Position numbers and translations under genes: made by a program | Notes under the pieces: generated by a model | The model's input: only the letters and a program-made list of their open reading frames with translations | Databases searched by the model: none | Told to the model about the DNA's origin: nothing | Part shown: in pieces, positions 29,562 through 37,045 of the stretch | Numbering within the stretch: position 1 is the first letter of the stretch | How the letters are laid out: each line of letters opens with the position of its first letter | DNA from: a virus | Taxonomy: Duplodnaviria > Caudoviricetes | Length of the DNA stretch: 62,865 nucleotides | IMG/VR virus record: IMGVR_UViG_3300034023_000183 | Location: 1-62,865 of that record | Direction: 5' to 3' (one strand)

Positions 29562-29783
29562 TATGTTGAATTTATGTTGAATTTATGTTAAAACTTTTTG
29601 GCTAAGTGTCTGATTTATAATACTTCATGTTAGTATGTTGAAACTATCCTATATTCTGAGCAAAAAATAAAAATACAAGAAATAAGAAAAAAGTGTCTCC
29701 AAACCAACATATCGTCATAAACCCAGTGTTTACGGGCATCTATGCAACATATTTTCAACATGTTCCCAACATAAATGTAACAT
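29561..29783. repeat. Origin-like element A: phased TATGTTG repeats, AT-rich core, inverted CAACAT repeats
   Basis: TATGTTR at 29562/29573/29584; YAACAT at 29745/29756/29767/29778 (11-bp phasing). Confidence 0.6.
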
Positions 29784-30024
29784 TCCCGTCAGTCAATACC
29801 CCAACCACATACGTGTCCTCGAAGTATAGCTGATACCCGTAGTCAGCGATGAACCGCTTCAAATGTTTCTCGATCGATCGTCTAACCTCATCGCCTTCAA
29901 TCGACATTGAGGACTTCGACATCCAGAGCTTTGTTGTCGGCTCACAATCATCACCCGTGGCGAGGTTGTAGTAGGCTACCCGATTGTCGAGTAGCCTGTC
30001 TACGAATCCAAATAGATTTTTCAT
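29755..30024 (-). CDS. Early hypothetical protein
   Basis: ORF. Confidence 0.4.
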   Translation of the reverse strand: MKNLFGFVDRLLDNRVAYYNLATGDDCEPTTKLWMSKSSMSIEGDEVRRSIEKHLKRFIADYGYQLYFEDTYVVGVLTDGNVTFMLGTC

Positions 30025-30041
30025 AGCTCCTAAGTTTTAAG

Positions 30042-30278
30042 TTATTGTTCATCATCCATTTCGGGCATTCCATCGTAAAAGAAGTCGGGGCAGTCAGACA
30101 TGTCCATGTCTTGTTTGCACGAATAACAAGTTATCGTATTGTCCTTGTCAAAGTCATTTAGCGATACCATCCTGTGCAGGATTACAGCTCCGCAGTTGCC
30201 ACATGTCACCATATTTATGTCAGCCATAGCCCTAATCTCATTCATGAGTTCGAGCTGATATTTAAGTGTTCCTTCCAT
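30042..30278 (-). CDS. Small Zn-ribbon-like protein
   Basis: CGNC...CYSC...CPD. Confidence 0.55.
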   Translation of the reverse strand: MEGTLKYQLELMNEIRAMADINMVTCGNCGAVILHRMVSLNDFDKDNTITCYSCKQDMDMSDCPDFFYDGMPEMDDEQ

Positions 30279-30290
30279 GATTTCTAAGTT

Positions 30291-30575
30291 TTAAAATACA
30301 CCAATACTTCTCAGTGCGTTCGCATCTGAGTCAAAATTTCTCAAGTCGATGGACTTACCCAAGTCCTTCACGTACTCATACAGCTCCCGTGTCTCTGCAT
30401 CCATGAATAGTATGTGCCCGATACCTACCTTGTACGGGTTGCTGTACGACTGGATGCCGTTCCACACGGCTGACCCATAAGTGTTCATTGGGGGACACTT
30501 CTTCTTGATCATCCCCTTGTTTGGTCCTACGCTTACTATGGCTTCCTGTAGGCCGATTTCTAGTTTGTCTTTCAT
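30291..30575 (-). CDS. Early hypothetical protein
   Basis: Start at conserved TAGAAACCATG motif. Confidence 0.5.
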   Translation of the reverse strand: MKDKLEIGLQEAIVSVGPNKGMIKKKCPPMNTYGSAVWNGIQSYSNPYKVGIGHILFMDAETRELYEYVKDLGKSIDLRNFDSDANALRSIGVF

Positions 30576-30586
30576 GGTTTCTAAGT

Positions 30587-31102
30587 TTAAAATGTCCAAT
30601 CATAATGGTAGTCGCAAGCACCAAACAAGATGTTGATTTTGCTGTACCCCTTCTTCTTACGTGTGATTCCTTCCACCACGTTCTTAGGTCTAATGTCACC
30701 TCCGTACACCGCCTCCTGCTGTTCTTCAGTCAGAGACTTGAACAAGGCGAAGATGCCATTGGAGTTAGCCTGCTCAATCCACTCGTCCGTGAATACCACC
30801 TCGTGGTATACCTCCTTCCATCCACCATTGCGGTAGCGTAGTGTACGCAGGTGACCCGTTGGTGTGTGCTCCCAATGTTGATGACCCATGCCTATCTTTC
30901 GACCCATCTCTGAGGCGATGGTGCTGTAGTCCTCGATGATTACCGTCTTGCCGTCCTTGGATACGTCCACGACCTTGGCTACGTCTCGGTCTGAGTAGTG
31001 ACATATGGTTGCCCACTCGCCCACTACAGGCACGGATGAGTTGTTTGACATGAGCCAGTTAAAGAACGAGCCCGAAGTCTTAAGTGATTTTGTCTGATTC
31101 AT
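30587..31102 (-). CDS. Early hypothetical phage protein
   Basis: P.VG..AT...YSDR...Y.DW.F. Confidence 0.55.
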   Translation of the reverse strand: MNQTKSLKTSGSFFNWLMSNNSSVPVVGEWATICHYSDRDVAKVVDVSKDGKTVIIEDYSTIASEMGRKIGMGHQHWEHTPTGHLRTLRYRNGGWKEVYHEVVFTDEWIEQANSNGIFALFKSLTEEQQEAVYGGDIRPKNVVEGITRKKKGYSKINILFGACDYHYDWTF

Positions 31103-31107
31103 GATTT

Positions 31108-31338
31108 CTAGTGTTTTAAATAAAAAAATACCTCGTCGCTTGTCAAGTCATTCTCGAAGATGACCTCATCCATTAGACATGAGCCGAACCCAGATGCATA
31201 GTTAAAGGCTACAGCCTTGGCTCTCATTACCGACTCGTCTCTTGAATCCTCATCGAAACTCTCTTCGAAGCATATTGTCTGTACGTACGTTGCATACACC
31301 TTGGTCGGTGTGATGATTACATTGATTTTTGTTGGCAT
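31108..31338 (-). CDS. Early hypothetical protein
   Basis: Preceded by TAGAAATCATG. Confidence 0.45.
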   Translation of the reverse strand: MPTKINVIITPTKVYATYVQTICFEESFDEDSRDESVMRAKAVAFNYASGFGSCLMDEVIFENDLTSDEVFFYLKH

Positions 31339-31343
31339 GATTT

Positions 31344-31523
31344 CTAGTTGTTAAGGTACGTTTCGTAAATTTCTACTAATTCTTCTCCGTCAACTATAAA
31401 CGGCTCTTCCTCTTCCAAGAACCCAAATTTACCATTGTCCGTTACTTCAAATTTATCATCGTCAATTCTTGAGATATCAAAACCTGCTTTCAATAATTCT
31501 TCAAATGCTTTTTTCGTTTCCAT
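31344..31523 (-). CDS. Early acidic hypothetical protein (59 aa, not in ORF track)
   Basis: METKKAF...YLNN*; preceded by TAGAAATCATG. Confidence 0.5.
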   Translation of the reverse strand: METKKAFEELLKAGFDISRIDDDKFEVTDNGKFGFLEEEEPFIVDGEELVEIYETYLNN

Positions 31524-31570
31524 GATTTCTAAAGTTTAAGTTGGTTTGTTCAATCGTTCACAATCACGCC

Positions 31571-31816
31571 TCATAGGGAGGCGATGATTTTAAATAGTCG
31601 CACCTTGTTTGAGTCTATCAATCTATGAAGGTCGTGGAAGTCCTCGCTACCAATGTAGCTTGGTCCAAGCAATTCAATACGTTCGGCTATGTTCTGCTCA
31701 AACAATGATATTGAGTGAAGCAATGACAAAGCTTCAGTCAACTCAGCTGATTTTACCTTGTCACCATCAATGTGCATCCTTAACAATGATAGTGTTGTCT
31801 CGTGTCTTTTGTTCAT
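31571..31816 (-). CDS. Early hypothetical protein
   Basis: ORF. Confidence 0.45.
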   Translation of the reverse strand: MNKRHETTLSLLRMHIDGDKVKSAELTEALSLLHSISLFEQNIAERIELLGPSYIGSEDFHDLHRLIDSNKVRLFKIIASL

Positions 31817-31820
31817 GATT

Positions 31821-32009
31821 TTAAAATTTTAATATGAATCTATCCTCTCTTCCTGCTTTATTCTCACCTTCATTGAATTCTTCTGGTGTCTTGTAGTCTG
31901 TCTCATAGTAACTATTGAATTCGTCTAGGAACTCAAATAGTTGTTCGTCCCCATTGAATCTTTGATTCCCGTCGGCATCTTGCACGACATAAATGTGCTC
32001 TCTTTTCAT
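31821..32009 (-). CDS. Early hypothetical protein
   Basis: ORF. Confidence 0.45.
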   Translation of the reverse strand: MKREHIYVVQDADGNQRFNGDEQLFEFLDEFNSYYETDYKTPEEFNEGENKAGREDRFILKF

Positions 32010-32034
32010 GATTACTTGTGTTTAATGGTTTATA

Positions 32035-32316
32035 CTATTGTGCACACAGCTCCCAAGTCTGCAATGCCAACATTTTTTTCTTCGTTAAGCCTAGCTCCTT
32101 GATAATGAACTTGGCTAGCTTGGTGTTGCCTGCCATACCCTCGCTAATTTCACCCGTGCCAATGGCATCTACAACGTCTCTAGGTGACAAGCCTAGCACT
32201 CGGCTACAGAACTTTACGTCCTGTCCTAGGTAAAACGACTTCACACCCTCTACTACTAGCGTCCATTCGTGCCCGAACCCGTAGCTACCTCTTGTAATTT
32301 TGATTGTTGCTTTCAT
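32035..32316 (-). CDS. Early hypothetical phage protein
   Basis: FYLGQDVKFC.RVLG motif. Confidence 0.55.
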   Translation of the reverse strand: MKATIKITRGSYGFGHEWTLVVEGVKSFYLGQDVKFCSRVLGLSPRDVVDAIGTGEISEGMAGNTKLAKFIIKELGLTKKKMLALQTWELCAQ

Positions 32317-32326
32317 GTGCTTATGT

Positions 32327-32683
32327 TTATCGGTTTAAAAATTTTTTCGTGTAGTCTCTATCTGAGATGGCTTTGTAGTCATTCGTAATGAACGGGTTCT
32401 TTAACACGTTCTTGAACGTCCGTCCGTTTGGCATGCTGTACTCTATCACGTACCCATGTTCGGGTGAATAGTCGATGAAGTGTCCGTCTCTATCCGCTTG
32501 GTTTCTAAACACTGATACATGGACACCATTAAGAAGTATCTGTACCTCTCTCATGACAAAGTCCACTAGTATTTTCTTACCTTCTAGGACGTACTCCAAC
32601 GTGACTATGTTACCTGTCATCTCGTGTACTCTGTAGGCGTTGCCTCTCATGTCTCTGTGGTTTACATTTACAATTGCTTTCAT
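32327..32683 (-). CDS. Early hypothetical protein
   Basis: ORF. Confidence 0.5.
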   Translation of the reverse strand: MKAIVNVNHRDMRGNAYRVHEMTGNIVTLEYVLEGKKILVDFVMREVQILLNGVHVSVFRNQADRDGHFIDYSPEHGYVIEYSMPNGRTFKNVLKNPFITNDYKAISDRDYTKKFLNR

Positions 32684-32685
32684 GA

Positions 32686-32919
32686 TTAAATAATTTTAAA
32701 TGGTACATGTGTAAGGTCATACTTTATGCCCTCTATTGATTGGTTGTCGACATAATCTATCCTGTCGAACTCTATTTCCCCGTCTACTAACAAGGAAACT
32801 TCTAACTCGCCTTGGCTTATTGCCTCCTCAATTAAGAACTCGTCCGATAGCTCGATCAAGTCGTCAGCCCCCCTGTCTCTCAAGTATTGGGCTATGGTCT
32901 GTTTTGTTTGATACTTCAT
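32686..32919 (-). CDS. Early hypothetical protein
   Basis: Preceded by TAGAAACCATG. Confidence 0.45.
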   Translation of the reverse strand: MKYQTKQTIAQYLRDRGADDLIELSDEFLIEEAISQGELEVSLLVDGEIEFDRIDYVDNQSIEGIKYDLTHVPFKII

Positions 32920-32928
32920 GGTTTCTAG

Positions 32929-33258
32929 TTATTTAATGGTTAAAAAATACGCCTCGTCAAACGGGTAACGCTCACCTGTGTAGTTGTCGTTGAAGACTAG
33001 CTCGCCATCCCCATTGAAACGGAAGGCGATAGCGTCCTGCGTGAACACATAGACAAGACCTTGAATCATTATCCTTATGTCGTCTTGTGATGAGTCAGTA
33101 TAGAATTCCATTACCACGGTAGGCTCGTCAGCTCCCTCCCATTCGCCTACCTGTACGTTGTGTTTAACCGACGTGTACGAAGACACAAACGGCATAACTA
33201 TTTCCTGTGCTGTGAATGGGTTGTTGTTCAACCCAATGTTCATTTCAATTTTGTTCAT
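32929..33258 (-). CDS. Early hypothetical phage protein
   Basis: NIGL...EPT.V...QDAIA...FD..YF. Confidence 0.55.
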   Translation of the reverse strand: MNKIEMNIGLNNNPFTAQEIVMPFVSSYTSVKHNVQVGEWEGADEPTVVMEFYTDSSQDDIRIMIQGLVYVFTQDAIAFRFNGDGELVFNDNYTGERYPFDEAYFLTIK

Positions 33259-33415
33259 GATTTCTAGTGTTTAAAGGTTGCCTGCGGTGGCTATCTTGTG
33301 GCGCATAGCCCACTCATCCACCGCTTGTTGGCGTTATACATTTGTTTGTTTGTGGGTCGGATACCTGCTGTTGCAGTACATGGTAGTTAGCTCAAAGCAC
33401 CCATCCCCTTTTGTC

Positions 33416-33574
33416 TTACTTGCCTATCACCACCTCGGTGTCTAAGTGCTCGGCAACTATGCCAATCAGCTCTAGGCGTTGTAGATTTGTTGCGGTAGCG
33501 TAAAGCTCCCGTAGTTTCTGTGCTGTAGCCGAGTCCAACTCAGCTATCAGCTCTTCGAATTTGCGTTCAAACAT
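33416..33574 (-). CDS. Early hypothetical protein immediately downstream of hammerhead
   Basis: Likely start MFERKF. Confidence 0.45.
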   Translation of the reverse strand: MFERKFEELIAELDSATAQKLRELYATATNLQRLELIGIVAEHLDTEVVIGK

Positions 33575-33588
33575 GTTACTTGTTTTAT

Positions 33589-33640
33589 GGTTAAGACCCC
33601 ACGAAGGGGGTTTCGCTGACCTACAGCTCATCAGTTAACC
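33589..33640 (-). ncRNA. Hammerhead ribozyme (type I, minimal)
   Basis: GGUUAA CUGAUGA GCUG-UAGGU-CAGC GAAA CCCC-CUUCGU-GGGG UC UUAACC: full core, three stems, GUC cleavage triplet. Confidence 0.85.
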
Positions 33641-33866
33641 TCTTGTATTTTTTAGGTATCTTGTTATACATTCTCATGGTATGGGTGGATGACCAACAAT
33701 TCAAATATACCTCTGTAATTACTATCGTCTTGGCGTTAACTCCGCTGTGCAATAGCAACGTGCCCAAGCCTACTCCACCTTCCTCAATCTGAAGGACCTC
33801 GCCTTCATATTCGTTTACGTATCTGTCGATGATATCTTGTACGTACTTTAAGCTAAATGTTCTCAT
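33621..33866 (-). CDS. Early hypothetical phage protein
   Basis: EG..GLG...I.EVYLN.WSS.H....Y.K.PKKY. Confidence 0.55.
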   Translation of the reverse strand: MRTFSLKYVQDIIDRYVNEYEGEVLQIEEGGVGLGTLLLHSGVNAKTIVITEVYLNCWSSTHTMRMYNKIPKKYKRLTDEL

Positions 33867-33886
33867 GGTTTCCTAGTTTTAAATGT

Positions 33887-33994
33887 TTATTTCCAATTCG
33901 TTACGAGACGACGTGTCTCTTTGATTTTTACCCCGTTCAAAAAGTAGCCAATAATCTCATACTGACCCTCAATTCTCAAAATTTTTGCTTCCAT
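33887..33994 (-). CDS. Very small early ORF (35 aa)
   Basis: MEAKILRI...NWK*; preceded by GGAAACCATG. Confidence 0.35.
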   Translation of the reverse strand: MEAKILRIEGQYEIIGYFLNGVKIKETRRLVTNWK

Positions 33995-34008
33995 GGTTTC
34001 CTGTTTTT

Positions 34009-34194
34009 TTAGTCGTTAATGTCTTCGTTGTGCTCAAATGTACCCGTCTCTAAGTACTCCAGTATCTCACCTCTGTAGGCATACTCCACGAGTATGTCAT
34101 TGTTGTCGATGGTGTAGATTGTACGACCATCTACGTCGCCTGTTGGTCTGATGACTCCCGTCACCACGTACCAAATGAAAATAATGTTTGTCAT
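34009..34194 (-). CDS. Early hypothetical protein
   Basis: ORF. Confidence 0.45.
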   Translation of the reverse strand: MTNIIFIWYVVTGVIRPTGDVDGRTIYTIDNNDILVEYAYRGEILEYLETGTFEHNEDIND

Positions 34195-34212
34195 AATAAT
34201 TGTGTGTTAACC

Positions 34213-34389
34213 TTATTTTTTGGTGTAGTATACACCCTCGTGCATTACCTTGCCTGTCTTAGAATTGACGTACAACGTGTAGACCATGTACTTGTAGCCT
34301 TTACGCTTTGCATGTGGTGTAATTTTGTCTGTTTTGGTCCATGTCACATGCATGTCGCCATTCAGTTTTTGGAAGATTACTTCGTTCAT
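34213..34389 (-). CDS. First early hypothetical protein
   Basis: Likely start MNEVIF, downstream of the tRNA-like element. Confidence 0.45.
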   Translation of the reverse strand: MNEVIFQKLNGDMHVTWTKTDKITPHAKRKGYKYMVYTLYVNSKTGKVMHEGVYYTKK

Positions 34390-34409
34390 GATATTGTGTT
34401 TTAAGTTAG

Positions 34410-34455
34410 TCCCCATGCAAGGTTGCGACCCTTGATTAACTCGCTCGACATGGGG
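34410..34455 (-). ncRNA. Second tRNA-like minihelix
   Basis: CCCCATG N14 CAAGG-GTCGCAA-CCTTG CATGGGG A CTA: 7-bp acceptor stem stacked on 5-bp/7-nt T arm. Confidence 0.55.
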
Positions 34456-34805
34456 TTGAAGTAAGTAGGGGTTGACCTGCACCCCATAAGGAATTGCCAT
34501 CTTTTCTCGCAAGGCTGTGCGACTTACTCCTCAGTGTTTTTATTCGCAGGGGCTAGCACCATTCCCCCCAATGTATGGTTGTCTTGCAATCATTACCCCT
34601 GCGGTTGCTTCCACGCCATATCTAACAGCGTTTACCTTCTCGCAGGTCTTTTTTGCATCGTGCATCTTTCCATGATGCGTTTCCATACTTCAGACCGCCT
34701 TGACTAGATTAGGTGGATGCATTGTTACCACCGACAACGAAACCTCTCAGCGAGGGAAATTACTCGAATTACGTGCCTAGATTAGACTGAATTAATGAAA
34801 CCGCA

Positions 34806-34817
34806 ATGTCAAAGAAC
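34806..34817 (-). promoter_or_regulatory. rrn-type boxA antitermination element
   Basis: GTTCTTTGACAT on the - strand, ~115 nt downstream of the early promoter. Confidence 0.65.
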
Positions 34818-34931
34818 GTGTGTGTATTCGTATTGTAGCTCACTCGCTGTACTTGTCATGTTCCGTGGTTGGCTGTGTCACCCCCTTTTAATTACGTTAA
34901 GACTTGTAGTGTTTAGCTCGTTTGCTTGAAT

Positions 34932-34962
34932 CAAAATTACTTCAGCACTTTCGATATTGCAA
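34932..34962 (-). promoter_or_regulatory. Major early promoter (TTGC -33-like, TAATTTTG -7)
   Basis: CAAAATTA at 34932-34939 and GCAA at 34959-34962 on the + strand. Confidence 0.55.
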
Positions 34963-34985
34963 GCTTTTTTCAAATTATTTTTGGG

Positions 34986-35066
34986 TACGTAGATGATTTA
35001 GAGTAGAACTACGTAGATGGTACTAAGTAGAAATACGTAGATGGGATCTAAGTAGAAATACGTAGA
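34986..35066. repeat. ~24-bp tandem repeat AGTAGAAMTACGTAGA
   Basis: TACGTAGA at 34986, 35010, 35034 and 35059. Confidence 0.75.
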
Positions 35067-35189
35067 CAGACGGGTTTGCATCCATTGTTTTACAGGTTAA
35101 GCTGTTGACAGATAGGACTTTATACGTGAATTCATTTAGGTGGGCCAAATATCTTTGGGGCTGATAGGTAGATAGGTGGGATGATTCTA

Positions 35190-35560
35190 TGTGCGAGGGA
35201 GTGCGTGCCGTATCAATTGGCGTATGGGTGCACGGCATGTCGGAAAGCATGCATGCTCGTGCGTCATGCGTGACGTGTGACATGTGCGTGCAACACGTAT
35301 GCGTGTACGTCGAGCGAGCGAGCGACATGTGTGTGTGCATGCATACATGTGGGCAGGCAGGCATGTCACCTGTGCGTGCGAGCGTACACGTGGGCGGACG
35401 GGCGGTAGGCACACAGGCAGGTGTGCACGTGTGACGTGGGCATGAGCACGCATGATGGCATGCCTACAGGAAAAGCCAAAAATTCCTAGGCAATTTACCG
35501 AATTGGACACCCCCCATCACGAATTCAACTAGTTTCCGTGCGTGCATGCGTACGTGAATT
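35190..35560. repeat. GC-rich alternating purine-pyrimidine tract dense in 6-bp palindromes
   Basis: Runs such as TGTGTGTGCATGCATACATGTG; many GCATGC, ACATGT, CACGTG, GTGCAC. Confidence 0.7.
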
Positions 35561-35593
35561 CTATATATTATCCGATACCCCCGATCGTGCAGC

Positions 35594-35866
35594 TATGTTG
35601 GATTATGTTGGTTTATGTTGAATTTATGTTGGTTTGAAGTGCCTCAAACCCTTGATTTTCCTCACTTTATGTTAGTATGTTATAACTTTCTCTACTTTTC
35701 ACGAAAAAAAAAATAATACATAATATAGGAGATATATACTTAATAAATGCAGAAAAAAGTAAAAAACGCTTATCAAACCAACATACCAACATGAATGTCT
35801 GATTATCAACACTTTAGCCCAGATAATTCAACATGCTTTCAACATGTACTATAGGTGTTTCAACAT
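35594..35866. repeat. Origin-like element B: TATGTTG iterons, two IHF consensus sites, AT-rich core, inverted CAACAT repeats
   Basis: TATGTTG at 35594/35604/35614/35625; CAAACCCTTGATT 35645-35657; TATCAACACTTTA 35804-35816; CAACAT at 35829/35840/35861. Confidence 0.65.
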
Positions 35867-35915
35867 ATCTATGGGTTTTTCACCATGAGCTAAAATTAGC
35901 TCACAAAAGACCTTC

Positions 35916-35944
35916 TGTCACAAATAATGACTACATTTGTGACA
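35916..35944 (+). promoter_or_regulatory. First late-arm promoter (TACATTTG) embedded in palindrome TGTCACAAAT-N9-ATTTGTGACA
   Basis: Perfect 10-bp inverted repeat overlapping the -7 box at 35932-35939. Confidence 0.55.
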
Positions 35945-35955
35945 AATAAAATTCA

Positions 35956-36588
35956 ATGGCATATATAGAGCACAATTTCTTTCCTCTCAAGGTATTTGTT
36001 AGGAATGAGTACATGTACCAGCAGACGAAGGGTCATGGTGAGTTCACCCCAGGGGTAGTCATATCTGTTAGATGCATGCCTGGTCAGGCTGCACTGTTCC
36101 AGGTCTTGCTAGAGAACGGTGTCCTACGGGACAAGCTACCGAGCCACGCACTGTTGACATCACCAGAGCTACCAGATCCAGACCTACCGTTCCACTATCT
36201 ACAGCTGTGGAACTGTTTCTCTTACAACTTCACGTTGGTGAGTCTGTCATATCTGTACGACACACCAGTCGAGGTGTACATGAAGGACAAGAAGTTTTAC
36301 CCAGGTGTTTACTACGGCACGATAAACTGGGGGTCTAACGACCTAAACACTGACATATCTTTGGCAGAGGATCCGCTGGAGCACAAGAGTCACCACATCA
36401 TACTACTTGACAACGGTCAGATAGCTTTGCAGCCTAACAACAGGATCAAGTGGTCGGAGCCAAGCTTTGTTACGAAGCCGTTCCCAGAGAAGCCAGACTA
36501 CTTAGTGAACAAGGAGTGGTTCAACTGTGAGGGCTACGAAAAATGGCATACTGAGGACTCCGAAAGGATGTTCTATGACAATGAATAA
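35956..36588 (+). CDS. Conserved hypothetical phage protein
   Basis: VRNEY, LQLW.CFSY, EHK.HH.I.LDNGQ...QPNNR motifs are recurrent in aquatic phages. Confidence 0.6.
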   Translation: MAYIEHNFFPLKVFVRNEYMYQQTKGHGEFTPGVVISVRCMPGQAALFQVLLENGVLRDKLPSHALLTSPELPDPDLPFHYLQLWNCFSYNFTLVSLSYLYDTPVEVYMKDKKFYPGVYYGTINWGSNDLNTDISLAEDPLEHKSHHIILLDNGQIALQPNNRIKWSEPSFVTKPFPEKPDYLVNKEWFNCEGYEKWHTEDSERMFYDNE

Positions 36589-36607
36589 GAATTAGTATCT
36601 TTGTGTA

Positions 36608-37045
36608 ATGAAGAATAACAAGCCAAGAGTAAGAGAGGGTATGGTTGTCGGAAATCGTAAATCATACGCTAGAAATATGCGTGCTGGTGTTACACCTATG
36701 GACAACAACGGTGACAACTCTACACATGTAATGTCTTGGGGAGGTGGTGGTCCTGGATCTAAAAAATACAAGTACTCTGTAAACCCAACCATATTTACAG
36801 ATGACAAAGGTAAGACGTGGAATAACTTGAGCGAAAAGCCTAAAGAGGCATATGATGAGGCAAAGAAGCGTGGAGAGGTGATTGGATTCAGATCTGCCAA
36901 GCGAGCTGAAAAGTTTGCTGCTGGAAGTTGGAAGAAAGGTGCGGACAGAAAAGAGGCGATGAAGAGCTATAGGGGTGCCAAGAAGAAAAAGGAGCTATAC
37001 ACTCAGTCTGAAGAGTTTAAGAAAGAAAAGAAAAATAGAAGATAA
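36608..37045 (+). CDS. Basic hypothetical protein
   Basis: Lys/Arg-rich; own TATCTTTG box at 36596-36603. Confidence 0.5.
   Translation: MKNNKPRVREGMVVGNRKSYARNMRAGVTPMDNNGDNSTHVMSWGGGGPGSKKYKYSVNPTIFTDDKGKTWNNLSEKPKEAYDEAKKRGEVIGFRSAKRAEKFAAGSWKKGADRKEAMKSYRGAKKKKELYTQSEEFKKEKKNRR

Noticed and set aside
34986-35066. Possible mini-CRISPR array
   Set aside because: Period is only 24-25 bp with ~8-nt variable parts; no spacer-sized unique sequences and no cas genes
35023-35510. ORFs 35023-35412, 35187-35510 and 35189-35434
   Set aside because: Cys/His/Val/Ala-rich translations are by-products of the RY-alternating tract, which lacks stops; no start context
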